Assembly: GCA_946965045.2 (NCBI GenBank) | Contig: OX337239.1 | Span: 2,108,001-2,172,000 of the forward strand | DNA length: 64,000 bases | Reading direction: 5' to 3' | DNA from: Epithemia pelagica | Taxonomy: Eukaryota; Protista; Bacillariophyta | In this document: positions 1 to 10,953 of the stretch, one piece after another | Position numbering within the stretch: position 1 is the stretch's first letter | Layout of the letters: every line of letters starts with the position of its first letter | Program-made: the position numbers and the translations under genes | The notes under the pieces: generated by a model | What the model was told of the DNA's origin: nothing | The model's database searches: none | Seen by the model: the letters and a program-made list of their open reading frames with translations, nothing else

Positions 1-18
1 ACACAACGCAAATTTTTG

Positions 19-579
19 TAGGGCTCATAACCCGCTCATAACCTATTGGTTATGTTTGAGTTTATGATTCGTTGCTTGGTTATGAGGCATGAATTCATGT
101 CTCATAACCGTTGTGTTCAAACATAACACAAAACACATCTGAAAAATTCTCAACGCATGCCCAACACCGGGCAGCGTATGAAAATGGACACGAGCTCCCC
201 ACCAGATTCATGGGACTCTTGTTGGAACTTTGCCTAGATGATACACTGGTACACTGGGTACTGGGTATGTCACTGAACTTCCGCTCAATGCTTGATGAGG
301 AAGAAGGAAGAAGGAAGAAGAATCATCAAGCGTGATGATGGTACCTTAGTCCATCGCACTCGCACCTCTTTTTTGATGCCAAAGACCGAAGAACAAAAAA
401 GCAAGGCAAAAGCATAGAGATGCGTCGGATTGAGGTGGGGGGAAACTTCGGAGAATTTTTGTGTTACAGCATTACGATACGAGTAGGTTATGTTTTATGT
501 TACGATAGGTTATGTTTTATGTTTCAAAGAGTTTCAGTGGCATAAGTAGTCATAAACATAAACATAACATAACGAGGCA
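19..579 (-). mobile_element. Probable hAT-like DNA transposon end/remnant with CTCATAAC and TTATGTT subterminal repeats
   Basis: Begins TAGGGCTCATAAC at 19 (hAT-like TAGGG terminus). CATAAC/GTTATG/TTATGTT motifs recur at 25-110 and 480-575. The minus strand reads SSIERKFS near 270-300, loosely like the hAT dimerisation motif S-x-x-ER-x-FS. No partner TIR or TSD found. Confidence 0.35.
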
Positions 580-592
580 AAAACTTTGTGTT

Positions 593-1972
593 CCCTCGGT
601 ATCAGTGTCCACTGCTTAGCTGTTTTTTGTCTGCGCCACCTTCACAGGTTCCCGAGTGGACACAGACAGCATTTTTCGCTTTTGATGCAAATAGAAATTA
701 TCAAATTGCAAATTGGCACGCATGCCCAGCTGAATTTTTCGACGTTTGAAACGGACGCAAGCCCAACAAGCGTCCCCTGGGTGGATGACGGTTGGTTGTT
801 GCACAATTTGGGGCAAGCTCACATTCTCTTTTCTTTTGCCAAAGCACATCGTACTTACTACTTACGAATGTTACTGGCTTTCCAGGTGAGCTTGATCCAT
901 TGCCAATTGCCATGTTGTCAATGACATTTCTCATGCTCACCGCCACTTGCCACTTTTGTTTGCTCTGCTCGTGGGAGACGCTACTCATCTGTTTAGTCGC
1001 TGGGCAGCTCATTACTTGCCATTGTTCATTCTTGTCGAACAGAAATGACTGGTTTTTGCTGAGCGCCATAACTTTGATTGCATTAAAAAAAACTCTATAC
1101 TCTAGACATTCTTTTGTTTATTTACTAGTAGTAGAACGCCAGTGCTTGTCATCCATGAGACTTTTGAGCCTTGTGAATTCGTGAATTCGTTGCAGCTTTG
1201 TTCTTTGCTGTGAGCACGACGATGGCCCTCAGTTTTGCTATGAAAACACAACAGAACAGCTCTCACAAGCTTGTACCGCTCACTTTGAGCACTCTGTGTC
1301 AACTACCTAGGTAGGATATGATAATTGGTCAGTAGGGTGTGGCAAGATGGCTTCCCATCTATTTGATGCAAAAACAACAGCGTTGAGAAATGATTGAGAA
1401 TGACAATATGATGAGAGACGAGAGAGAATAATCTATCCTATAGAGCATATGACAGTAGCCAAAAAACAATCAAACAACAAACGATTACGACAAGGAAAAG
1501 ATATTCCAGTTGACATCTGGCGGCTTGTCATCTACTCGTACGAAATGAGACAAAAGTAAAGGATCATGCAAGAACAATAGGAAAGACAGCTGAAGCAGTG
1601 ATGCGTGAGAAAAAGGGAAAAGAGACAACAAGATAAGTAATAAGCAGCAATAGAGAGAAACGGTTCAGTCCAGCATGATCCATCCATTGTTCTCACCTCA
1701 CTCCCGTCATGGTCAAGCATTTGGCTCGGTTTTGGGTTTTTGTGACAGGTGTCGAGATGATGATGGATGCCCAAATTTGAATCGTGGTGACCCGGCGAGG
1801 ACAACCACCAACCGTCAACTGTTACTTGCACGCTGGCCTTGCTTCAACCCTGAGGAATTTTAATGGTTAGACAGACAGACGAAAAACGAAAAATGCTGTC
1901 TGTGTGCACTTGGGAACCTGTAAAGGTGGCACAGACAAAAAACAGCTAAGCAGTGGACACTGATACCGAGGG
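593..1972 (-). mobile_element. Non-autonomous DNA transposon with 86-bp terminal inverted repeats, piggyBac-like
   Basis: 593-678 (CCCTCGGTATCAGTGTCCACTGCTTAGC...) is the reverse complement of 1887-1972 with about 4 mismatches. The termini are CCCT...AGGG. Decayed minus-strand fragments QKWQVAVSMRNVIDNMAIGNG and GDACWACVRFKRRK...FDNFYLH resemble the piggyBac C-terminus and Cys-rich domain. TIRs are certain; the family call is tentative. Confidence 0.75.
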
Positions 1973-3040
1973 TTATGTTATGTTTATGCTAAAAACATTT
2001 CAGTAAACACCCAGTATTCCCAACCAGGACCAGCTCCCTATGCAGCATTTTTCTAATAATAGCATGGATGTTGTTTTCCAATTATCCGCTTTTTGAATGC
2101 CGTGTAGTGGGTCTTCTAGGGCGTCTACCCTCTACGACCAACCCAATATTGAGGGAAAGGAAAAAGGAAGGTCCAAGTACTTGGACATGAATTGACAATA
2201 TGGTCATGTCCTGTAGTTCATCATCATCAAAAGTCTCCTTCGCTGGCGTCATACTGCTAACTGGTGCTTTCACCAGGATGTGCCCCTCTAGCTAGAGTAG
2301 ATAGGCCAGCACATCGACAACTCGCCAAGCTCAGGCCTTACTTCGAGCATGGAGAGAGAGTGTAACGCTGAGAGACTTTCGGTAAATCCAAGTAGTATAG
2401 AAGTATATATCGGGTATTCAATTCTTACCTCCGAAAATATCACTTGATTAGATGATAAGGACTTCAACTATGAACCTGCCTCTACCATAAAAAGAGGAAA
2501 CTACTTGGTTTTTCCATGAAATGGGAACCTTACAATCTGATCGGCTAAACGAGAGGAAAATGACCATCAGGCTCGTATGTCATTGATCCCACCCAAAAGC
2601 TAGAACACAAATGGAGGATTCATAATAGTTGAGGAGCCTTTTGGCCGGTCGTCTTTGGGTGCAATTAACACTGTCTACCACCACGAAGTCTCGACCAAAA
2701 ACCGGGTTGCTTTTGTCTTGAAGTATTTTGTGTCGAGCATTGCATGGACATACCGCCTCGCGCTCCACAAGATCAATACTCCTGATCGCATAGTATGTAA
2801 CTATGTTTAATCCTAATGTGAAATGTAAATGGCCAAAACCGATAGAGTGTGGTAATGGCGCTTCCCCCAGGATACGGAAGTAAAGCGGGGGAAGCCGCCC
2901 ACAGAAAGATACCCAAACATCGTCCAAGAAGAACCATGAACCATGAGCGAAACAAGGGGATTGCCACAAAAATCTGTTCAAGGAAAACAAAAAGCGAACC
3001 ACTTGGAAGCGTTGACGAGCAAATACTTTACAGCCCAAGA
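1973..3040 (-). mobile_element. Decayed transposon-like remnant (unclassified)
   Basis: Starts with the same TTATGTTATGTTTATG motif that lies inverted at about 555-572. Broken minus-strand frames (2580-3038, 2082-2273) have no clear host-gene signature. Confidence 0.25.
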
Positions 3041-3079
3041 CTTCACTGCATTTTTCTCGACCCTTAACACCGTATCAGG

Positions 3080-4903
3080 ATGACACTTTTCATGACATGC
3101 CCCTTTGCGCATTTTGTTGGTAACAAAAGAACATCTTCGAAGCAGCAGCAGCAGCACTACAACGATGTCATTGGTCATCATCCCAAGACAATTGCATGGG
3201 CCGAGCTATTGGCAAGTCAGGGTGGTGACTTGTGGTCACTTCGAGACAAGGCGCTGCATCACGGATCGTCTGAGCCGCCATGCTGGAGCGAGATTGACAA
3301 GGAAGGTCCGCTCATGGAGAAAAATCACAACGGCACAACGAAAGATACAGAGAAAAAAGAACCAGAGTGTTTGGTAGTCACCAAAGACAAGAATAACGAC
3401 GGAGCAGTACATTTACGTGTTGATCCAAAACGACCGGGGCATCTCAAGGTTCGAGTGTACTGCAACGTTCATGATTTTCAACACGCCGAAAAGACTTTGG
3501 GCATGGACAAATTCCAAGCACCAACGCCACCTGCACAAGCCCTAACCCAAGCTGTGGGGGACGAATGGATTCGTCAGCGTCGTATCATGCGTGATCCCCA
3601 CAAGGGACCCTTGCGGAACGTCAAGGAAGAATCCTTGCGTGCTGCCGCTTCTGTTCGAGTCTTTTGTGATTTCCAGGCCTATGCCTCCTCCACCATGGCC
3701 AAGGAAAAGGATCGCACACAACGGGGATTGGGTTGGATTCGTCGTCGACGTCGAATCACCTCCAACGAGCCACCCAATGTCAGTTTCAAGGTCGATCTCA
3801 AGGATATGGTCATGGAGGCAGTTGGGGAATGGGCTATACAATTGTTCAATGGAAAAGAAGACCCAGTCTTGTTTGAGCAGTTTTTGACGTATTGGGGCAT
3901 GCTTCGACAACGGATCCAACCACACTCGGCGGATTTGGCGCGGGCCAAAACAGACTTGATTGCGACCATGGAGGCGCAGCAAACACGGTGGAATACAGAC
4001 GAGCATGCGAACAATGGTGGCTTGTTTCAAGCCTTTTTTGAATCCGACTTTGCCTCGCGAGGGGAGGTGGTGCAAAACATTCTTCATGCCATGATTGCCG
4101 CGTCCGATGCCACCAATTGCCTCCTCTTTTGGACTCTGTGGAATCTTGTCCAGGAACGCGAGGATATTGAAAGAAACAACCCCATTATGATGAACCAAGG
4201 GAGTCTATGGGAACAGTGCCAAGAAGAAGTTCAATCAGAGACTGCAGTGACCAACGGACCGACAGGCTCGCCGTTGTTGGACCATGATTTGGAACAATTG
4301 GGTCGATTGAAGCAAATGGCGACACATGGGGAACCCGTCAATCAAGCCTTGTCGTCCCTGTCTTGTATGGGAAGTGCCTTGGTCGAGACCTTGCGGGTCT
4401 TTCCACCTGTTTGGACCTTGCCTCGCGCCTGGGAGGGCGACGACGCCATTTCGGCCAAACTCGATGTCCCCACAGCCAATGGGGTACGAGACTATCGTGA
4501 TTGGAATCCATGGGAAAATATCCTAATGCATCAGCCGTCCATGACAGACACTCAAGAGCAGCCGCAGGAGAATGACGACGTGAACCAACCCATGGACGAC
4601 AACAACAACAAAAATAAAAACAATGACAAGAGCAGCAACGTCCAGGACTATACCATTGCATCCTTTGGTGTGGGCAAACGTTCGTGTCCCGCCGGCACTG
4701 CTGCATTGTGGGCGACTCGGTACTTGTTGCATCAATTTGTCCAATTTGTACCGACTCTGGAGGAATGTCAACCCGGTCATGCCTTGCAACATGCCTATTT
4801 GGGACCCACGTTGGCCACGGATGGTCCCCAATGGTTTCTTGTCACATGCCGTTCGGATGCGAGCATCGAGACAGAAACAGACGAAACCTTGTCGTCGTCG
4901 TAA
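3080..4903 (+). CDS. Divergent cytochrome P450 (soluble, no N-terminal anchor)
   Basis: C-helix GDEWIRQRR, I-helix AASDAT, K-helix ETLR and heme motif FGVGKRSCPAG in a 607-aa ORF. Confidence 0.85.
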   Translation: MTLFMTCPFAHFVGNKRTSSKQQQQHYNDVIGHHPKTIAWAELLASQGGDLWSLRDKALHHGSSEPPCWSEIDKEGPLMEKNHNGTTKDTEKKEPECLVVTKDKNNDGAVHLRVDPKRPGHLKVRVYCNVHDFQHAEKTLGMDKFQAPTPPAQALTQAVGDEWIRQRRIMRDPHKGPLRNVKEESLRAAASVRVFCDFQAYASSTMAKEKDRTQRGLGWIRRRRRITSNEPPNVSFKVDLKDMVMEAVGEWAIQLFNGKEDPVLFEQFLTYWGMLRQRIQPHSADLARAKTDLIATMEAQQTRWNTDEHANNGGLFQAFFESDFASRGEVVQNILHAMIAASDATNCLLFWTLWNLVQEREDIERNNPIMMNQGSLWEQCQEEVQSETAVTNGPTGSPLLDHDLEQLGRLKQMATHGEPVNQALSSLSCMGSALVETLRVFPPVWTLPRAWEGDDAISAKLDVPTANGVRDYRDWNPWENILMHQPSMTDTQEQPQENDDVNQPMDDNNNKNKNNDKSSNVQDYTIASFGVGKRSCPAGTAALWATRYLLHQFVQFVPTLEECQPGHALQHAYLGPTLATDGPQWFLVTCRSDASIETETDETLSSS

Positions 4904-5304
4904 GAAAGTAACCCTTGTTGTACTATCTAGAAATGGTGTCTCTCGACGATTCGAAACCGACTGGATCGGACAACCGATGTATATATATAAAACACGTAAT
5001 AATTTGGCTCTATTGTATGTACGACCTATGGTTCTAGTTTATCCGAGAACTACACCCTCACGGCGTATTGTGCATGTGCGTGGGATGGTGTCCATACAAG
5101 TGTCGTTCGTACACAAGTCGTGCTGGTCCTTCTTCTTGCTCTGGTTTTCGTGGTGTGTGTGCATCCATGACACGTATTTCTTGACCAACATGTTGGAATG
5201 ATAGTTCATTCGTGTCCAGTTGGTTGAAAATGCTTCTTTTTTCTCTTGTTTTTGCCATGTCAAGTTGTTGGTTGGTTGGTTCAGTGTTGCTACGGGGGTG
5301 TGTT

Positions 5305-5949
5305 TTACAAGGGATTTTCGTCATTCTTTTGTGTATTGGGCGATTGTTGGTATTGGATTTCGTACAACAAATCTTGGTAGGCAATTTCGACATTGGTGGG
5401 CCAATACTTTTTGGCCTTGCGTCGTCGAATCGTGGTGATGAGTTCTTGTTTGGTAATGCCCTGCGGCAACCCGGACGCTCGTCGAATAAAGCGTCGCATC
5501 TCATCCAAACTGTCGGCCAAGGCCGCTTCGTCATTTGGTGCCGATTCAAATCGATCAATCATGCCTTGAAACTCTTGTTTTTGAATCAAATTCTGCCGTT
5601 TGAATTCGGTCGCCTTGGCTTCGCTTTGTTTAAAGTCGTCGGTCGGTTCCGTCAAGTAGGTGGGTCGTTTGCCTGGTTGGGGTGCATAGGACGACGAGCT
5701 GCTACCCATGGCCGAATCGGAACTTCCCAACAAATCTTGAATTCGGGAATAATCAATCTCGGTGGCGGCTTGTGCCGTAGCCGGTGATCCCACCACTACA
5801 GCAGCACCACCGACCACGAGACTTTGAAGAATGTCACGACGGGAAGCATGCAATTCTACAGATGCACCTCGTCGTGATGTGGATGGTCCGACGACCGAGA
5901 AACCTTCCGTGAGGGTCGCCAACAGCGGCACAAGGGACAAGACTCTCAT
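5305..5949 (-). CDS. Predicted thylakoid-lumen protein of unknown function (tripartite presequence)
   Basis: Signal peptide ending TEG|F, Ser/Arg-rich transit peptide, twin-arginine SRRDIL, hydrophobic stretch and AQA cleavage site, followed by a helical mature domain. Confidence 0.75.
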   Translation of the reverse strand: MRVLSLVPLLATLTEGFSVVGPSTSRRGASVELHASRRDILQSLVVGGAAVVVGSPATAQAATEIDYSRIQDLLGSSDSAMGSSSSSYAPQPGKRPTYLTEPTDDFKQSEAKATEFKRQNLIQKQEFQGMIDRFESAPNDEAALADSLDEMRRFIRRASGLPQGITKQELITTIRRRKAKKYWPTNVEIAYQDLLYEIQYQQSPNTQKNDENPL

Positions 5950-6384
5950 GGTTGTATTAACGAAATATACCTACAGACGACGACAAAGCCATCCACAATG
6001 TGAATGTGACATTCGGATCCTGAATCATGCCACCTCGTGATTTGCTGACGGACACTTGGGTACGTGTTATGTGGGGTGTCAGTGTGGTCAGTGAATTCAA
6101 CAAAGATCTCCAACCCAAAGATCGCGCATCTGACGTTTTGGGGAAGCAGCATCCGCACCACCGTCAATCTTTGTGGTTTCGATCTCGCTCTCGGCTCCTC
6201 CTCTCGTTCATTCATGTGGAGTTCTCGTGGTTGTCGTCCATCAAAGAAGAGTAACTCTCCTACGTTGTTGTGGACTGTCTTCGGGACCCATTCTCATCCT
6301 CCCCGACGACCATTGTCGACTACTTCTTGCTTGTCGTGTTCCAGGCGTCGGAGTATCCGTTGGAGCGCAAGCCATTGCCCGACC

Positions 6385-8384
6385 ATGCGATTTCATAGCA
6401 CCTCTCTGGTTCTTCCCTTTCTGGGCGGCAGTCTCATCGTACCACCCTTTTCGTCCGCCTTTGGAGGCCTCGCTGCGACACCCTCCTCACGAGGACTACG
6501 ATCCACTCCCTCCTTTTGGACCCGCTTGTTTTCCTCCTCCAGCAGCGACAGCATGAAAGACCAAACCTTTAACACATGGGGCTTTGATGGCCCCTGTTTG
6601 ACAATGGAATGGAATTCTCTCAAGGACATTGAAACGAGTATTGCGCAAACCGATTCCGGGGATGCCGTGATGGAAGCGGACTTGATTTTGGTGGGTGTCC
6701 TGGCACCGGCCGCCAAGGAGGAGGAAGAAGAAAAGGACGAAACGGAGGAGGAAGAGGAACTGCCCGCTGTGGAACTTGTTGGTTTGGCCAAAGGATTGGA
6801 AGAGGCTCTGGGTGGCAATGGAGTCTTGTCGGGTTTGATGGAGGAAAATAACAAGGCCTTTAAAAATGGTGCCAAGGCCGGTGCCACGACTCCTGTGGCT
6901 CGGATCATGACCAAGGACGGCACATCCAAACGAGTTGTCTTTGTGGGGCTTGGATCGACGCCCACCAAAAAAGACGACGATGACAAGGAGGACGAGAATC
7001 CCAAGAAGAAACTGCAAGGAGTTGGCGCTGCAATCGGCAAGGCTGTGGCTTCGCAATGTCAAAGTCAAAAGAAGGTGGAAACCTGTGCCTTTGTGCTTCC
7101 CGAATCCTTTACATCCGAGTACCCATCCGAAGCAACTTCTCAAATGCTGGTCGACTTTACCACCGCCTTTTATCAAAACTTGTATTCGGACAATCGATAC
7201 AAGAGCAAGGACAAAAAGGTGGCAGAAGACATGAAATCTTTGGCGATTTGGACCGAGGCGTCGTTGGACGAAACCGCCGCCGTACAAGAGGGTCGTCAGT
7301 TGGCCACGGGCATTCTTCTTGCCAAAGATATTGTCAATGCACCCCACAATGTGCTCAATTCCTTGTCCCTGGCCGAAACAGCTCGCCGACTTGCGCAGGA
7401 CAGTGACGATGGATGCATTTCATGCGAAATCTTGGGCAAGGACGAATGCGAAAAACGAGGCATGGGGGCCTTTTTGGGTGTGGCGCGAGGTTCGGAAACA
7501 GAACCCCAATTCATTCATTTAACGTATAAACCACCCGCTGGTGGTGATTCCGTAAAGAAGGTGGCCGTGATTGGCAAGGGCTTGTTGTTTGATACCGGTG
7601 GCTACAACATCAAGACACAAATGATGAGTCTCATGAAGTTTGATTGTGGTGGAGCCGCAGCCGTGTTGGGTGCCGCACGGGCCATTGGACAATTGCAACC
7701 ACCCGGTGTCGAAGTTCATTTTATTGTGGCGGCTTGTGAAAACATGATTAATGCCAAAGCAATGGTACCCTCGGATATTTTGACCGCCAGCAATGGCAAA
7801 ACGATTGAGGTACGTACGATGTTACTGTGGTTGTATTGAGGCGATATAGGACGGAATGACTTGGATGAAACGAGGTCTCGTGGCTGACGTTTTTGTTTCT
7901 TGCTTGCTATTTGTTCTAGGTATTGAATACGGATGCCGAAGGACGCTTGACCTTGGCTGATGCTTTGGTATTTGCCGACAAGGAAGTTGGTGCCGAGAGT
8001 ATCATTGAACTCTCTACTTTGACCGGTGCTTGTATCGTATCTTTGGGCAAGCAAATTGCTGGCGTGTGGACGTCCAATGACGATTTGGCGGAGGAACTCG
8101 AACAGGCCTCCAAGGCCACGGGTGACAAGACATGGCGCATGCCCCTGGCCACGGAATACAACGAAGAGCTGGAGAGCAGTATTTCGGCCGACTTGAAAAA
8201 CATTGGCGGAAAGTATGCCGGAGCCATTACAGCGGCCCTCTTTTTGACAAACTTTGTCAGCAAGAAGAAGCCCTTTGCGCACATTGACATTGCTGGACCC
8301 GTTTGGAATGATAAGACGGGTGCTACTGGATATGGTTCTCAACTTGTGGTGGAATGGGTTCGTCGACAAGGAAGTTCGTCGTAA
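6385..8384 (+). CDS. Plastid-targeted M17 leucyl aminopeptidase; 2 exons (6385-7809, 7920-8384)
   Basis: [21 protein letters not shown] and TIE|[10 protein letters not shown] are joined across a GT-AG intron at 7810-7919. MRFHST...FSSA|F presequence from the ATG at 6385. Confidence 0.92.
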
Positions 8385-9288
8385 ACAGCTAGTTTCTTTC
8401 TTTAGATCTACTATAGACCCAACGTTTGATCTGTGACAAAGCAGAAGTGGTGTGCTCCTGAATGAATATGTCTATATTACACAGGAGTACTAAAGAAGAG
8501 GGGATATGTGGGATTGGTTTTGTCTTGTCTCTTTTGCAACGATTATCATACTTCTGGAGAGAATGGTTTGTCCTCTTCAAATCAAGTATTCTCTCTGATG
8601 GATGCATAGATCATTTGGAATCTTGAAGAGTTCTGAGTCTCCAAACCTCGACTACCCATTCATGGGTTCCACCGGATCGTGGCGTCTCATTTTCATCCTA
8701 CTGCGGATGGCCATCGTACGGAAATGGTGATGAGTTGTTCTTGAGATTGGGGCTGGTTTGATCACATGTCCCATGGTTCTAGTAGCGACTTTCAAAACCT
8801 TCGACGATCAAACAAACAATGTTGAACAAGCTCCTCGCAAGGAGCAGGTTGGACTCCTATCTCGTTCTCCTTTCTTCAATGGAGTACCTAGCAATCATAG
8901 CAATTGACTCTTGAGAGTTCTCAGATTTTCTGGTAAAGGCAAAAACCCAAGTCGTGGTCGTGGATGTTGTATCTTGTAGATGTTATTTGCATGCGCCCCG
9001 TGGTATATCACGCAAGCACTTCCCTATGTGAAAATCCAACGGTCGGATTTTGAACGAATGTGTGACAGCGCCCGCGAGCTCACTTTTTCCTCATTTTCTG
9101 GAGGTATAGTGTCAATCTTGGTTTTCCCGAGCAGTGCGAACTTCTCTCCACAAGCCACAAGGCAACTTGCTTCTTGTTCGATTGTAGCTATAGAAGGTAA
9201 GTGTTTGACGAGTCATGAGGGGGAGCCACGATTTTTAGTTTGCTGACTTGGTTGTCTCATGAATGCTACAGCGACGGATTAGAAGACC

Positions 9289-10567
9289 ATGGCCATGTCG
9301 TCAACGACCAGTCGAATCGAACAAGTCCCTTCTGCCTCTCCGCATGCCATACTGGTACAACCATCTGTTTCGATGCAAGGAGCCTTCCATACCCCGGGTG
9401 GACCAGGATCAGCGTACGCTTTCCATCAGAGACAATTTTACAATCAGCACGCACTTCATTGGTCGTCTTCCAGCGTAGCGCCTCCACACCAACCTTTTCA
9501 TTTTCAGCCAGTGTTTGATCAGTCGTCCCATCACGCGTTGTACCAACAAGAATGGTTGGCTATTCTCTATCGCCTGAAACAGCAAGTCGAATTCTATTTT
9601 TCGCTCGAAAATCTTTGTCGGGATGACTACCTGATTAAACAAATGATGTTGAATCAAGGTTCTGTTCCTTGTCACATCGTCGGAAGTTTTCCTCGAGTCC
9701 TAAGAATTGTCGGAGGATCTCCAGCATCACCACAACTCCTGGGACGAGCCTTGTCTACTTCAAGTATTGTGCGGGTCTACGGCGAGTTTCTGTGTCCTCT
9801 GACAAATATACTTCAGATTATTTTACAATCGAAGGCTAGCAAAGTACACACATCACAGATTGCAAGTGACGGTACGACCCATCATTCTAGTAGTACTGCC
9901 TCCGAATCGAGAAGCTCGACTGCTTCTCCACCGCCGACTTCAAGCGATTCCGCCGCGGTCCAGCCTGAGATCAAGCAAAACCCTGTGGTACAAGTGAAAG
10001 AAGAAAGCAACCCCTGCTTCGGCATCAGAATCAGTCAGTGAGAATGATTCAAACCCCCTTTGTGATTCTAAACTTTCGACATCACCTGCATTTACCGCCT
10101 CGTGTGGTTCGCCTATGGGTGAAGCGCTTGATGTACTATGTCCTGAATCTGCCGTATTGGTGGAAGAGAGAAAAGACGAAGCTAGTCCGGCCAGTGTGAT
10201 AACTCCGCAACCGGCAAGTTCCTCAGAAAACAACACACAATACAAACAATATGATGCCAAGGATATTGAAGGATTTCGCCAAGCTACAGGCCGTAACGAC
10301 TTCCACCATTCATACCGTAAGAAGACTTTCCCAAAGAAGAAGCGACATCCTCAAGATATTACTTCGTCTTCCGTTCCCAAGGACCGCCTTCAGAATCAAA
10401 ACCATCGGAGTCGGTCCATTTCTAAGAGCTGGCGAAGTCATAAGCAATCAAATAGAAAAACTCCAGTGCCATACGGGCATTCCTCAACAGTAACGAGTGA
10501 AGGAAATGGCCACTCGAATGTTCTTCATGAGATGCAAAGTCTTAATCTCAATGATGGAATCAAGTGA
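9289..10567 (+). CDS. La-motif (LARP-like) RNA-binding protein, frameshift near 10004
   Basis: La motif LKQQVEFYFSLENLCRDDYL...GSVPCHIVGSFPRV. The downstream frame is open from 9998 to 10567 and continues the Ser-rich, basic tail, implying one extra base in GAAGAAAGC. Confidence 0.75.
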
Positions 10568-10953
10568 ACTATCACAAGACAAAACCACCCGTTTTCCCAT
10601 ATTTGTCAAACTTTTCGGATTATGTGACTCAATCGAAGTTCACTACTTCTACGTTGCTGGGAACGTCCTCAAGACTCCCTGTTGCAGCTGCAACGAACGT
10701 TTCGAAATGAGGGAGTGCGACAACGCTCGACAAAATGTTGTGAGAACATTGTGCAGGAGCGTGAACCACTCAGCGAATCAATGCCCCCTTGCTGAACAGA
10801 GCGTGGCGAACAGTTGAGGAAACAGATTAGTATTTTCGGCGTCCTTCATCCTTGTAGATGATTTCTTGAAAGAAGTATACAAAAGGTCTCATTTATCGCT
10901 AATCAGGATAGTGTATTACGTAAAAGTGTGCAACGTGTTCTCATCTGTTCAGT

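Noticed and set aside
2849-3079. Upstream exon (MALPPG, hinge-like) for the P450
   Set aside because: The obvious donor (GT at 2880) and acceptor (AG at 3077-3078) join out of frame and give an immediate TGA.
6064-6384. 107-aa N-terminal extension of the aminopeptidase ORF
   Set aside because: It starts at a non-ATG codon; the ATG at 6385 gives a typical bipartite plastid presequence.
6393-7347. Long antisense and overlapping ORFs (also 3542-4198, 12637-13257, 52734-53633, 57119-57610)
   Set aside because: They are shadows of real coding sequence on the other strand or frame and carry no recognisable motifs.
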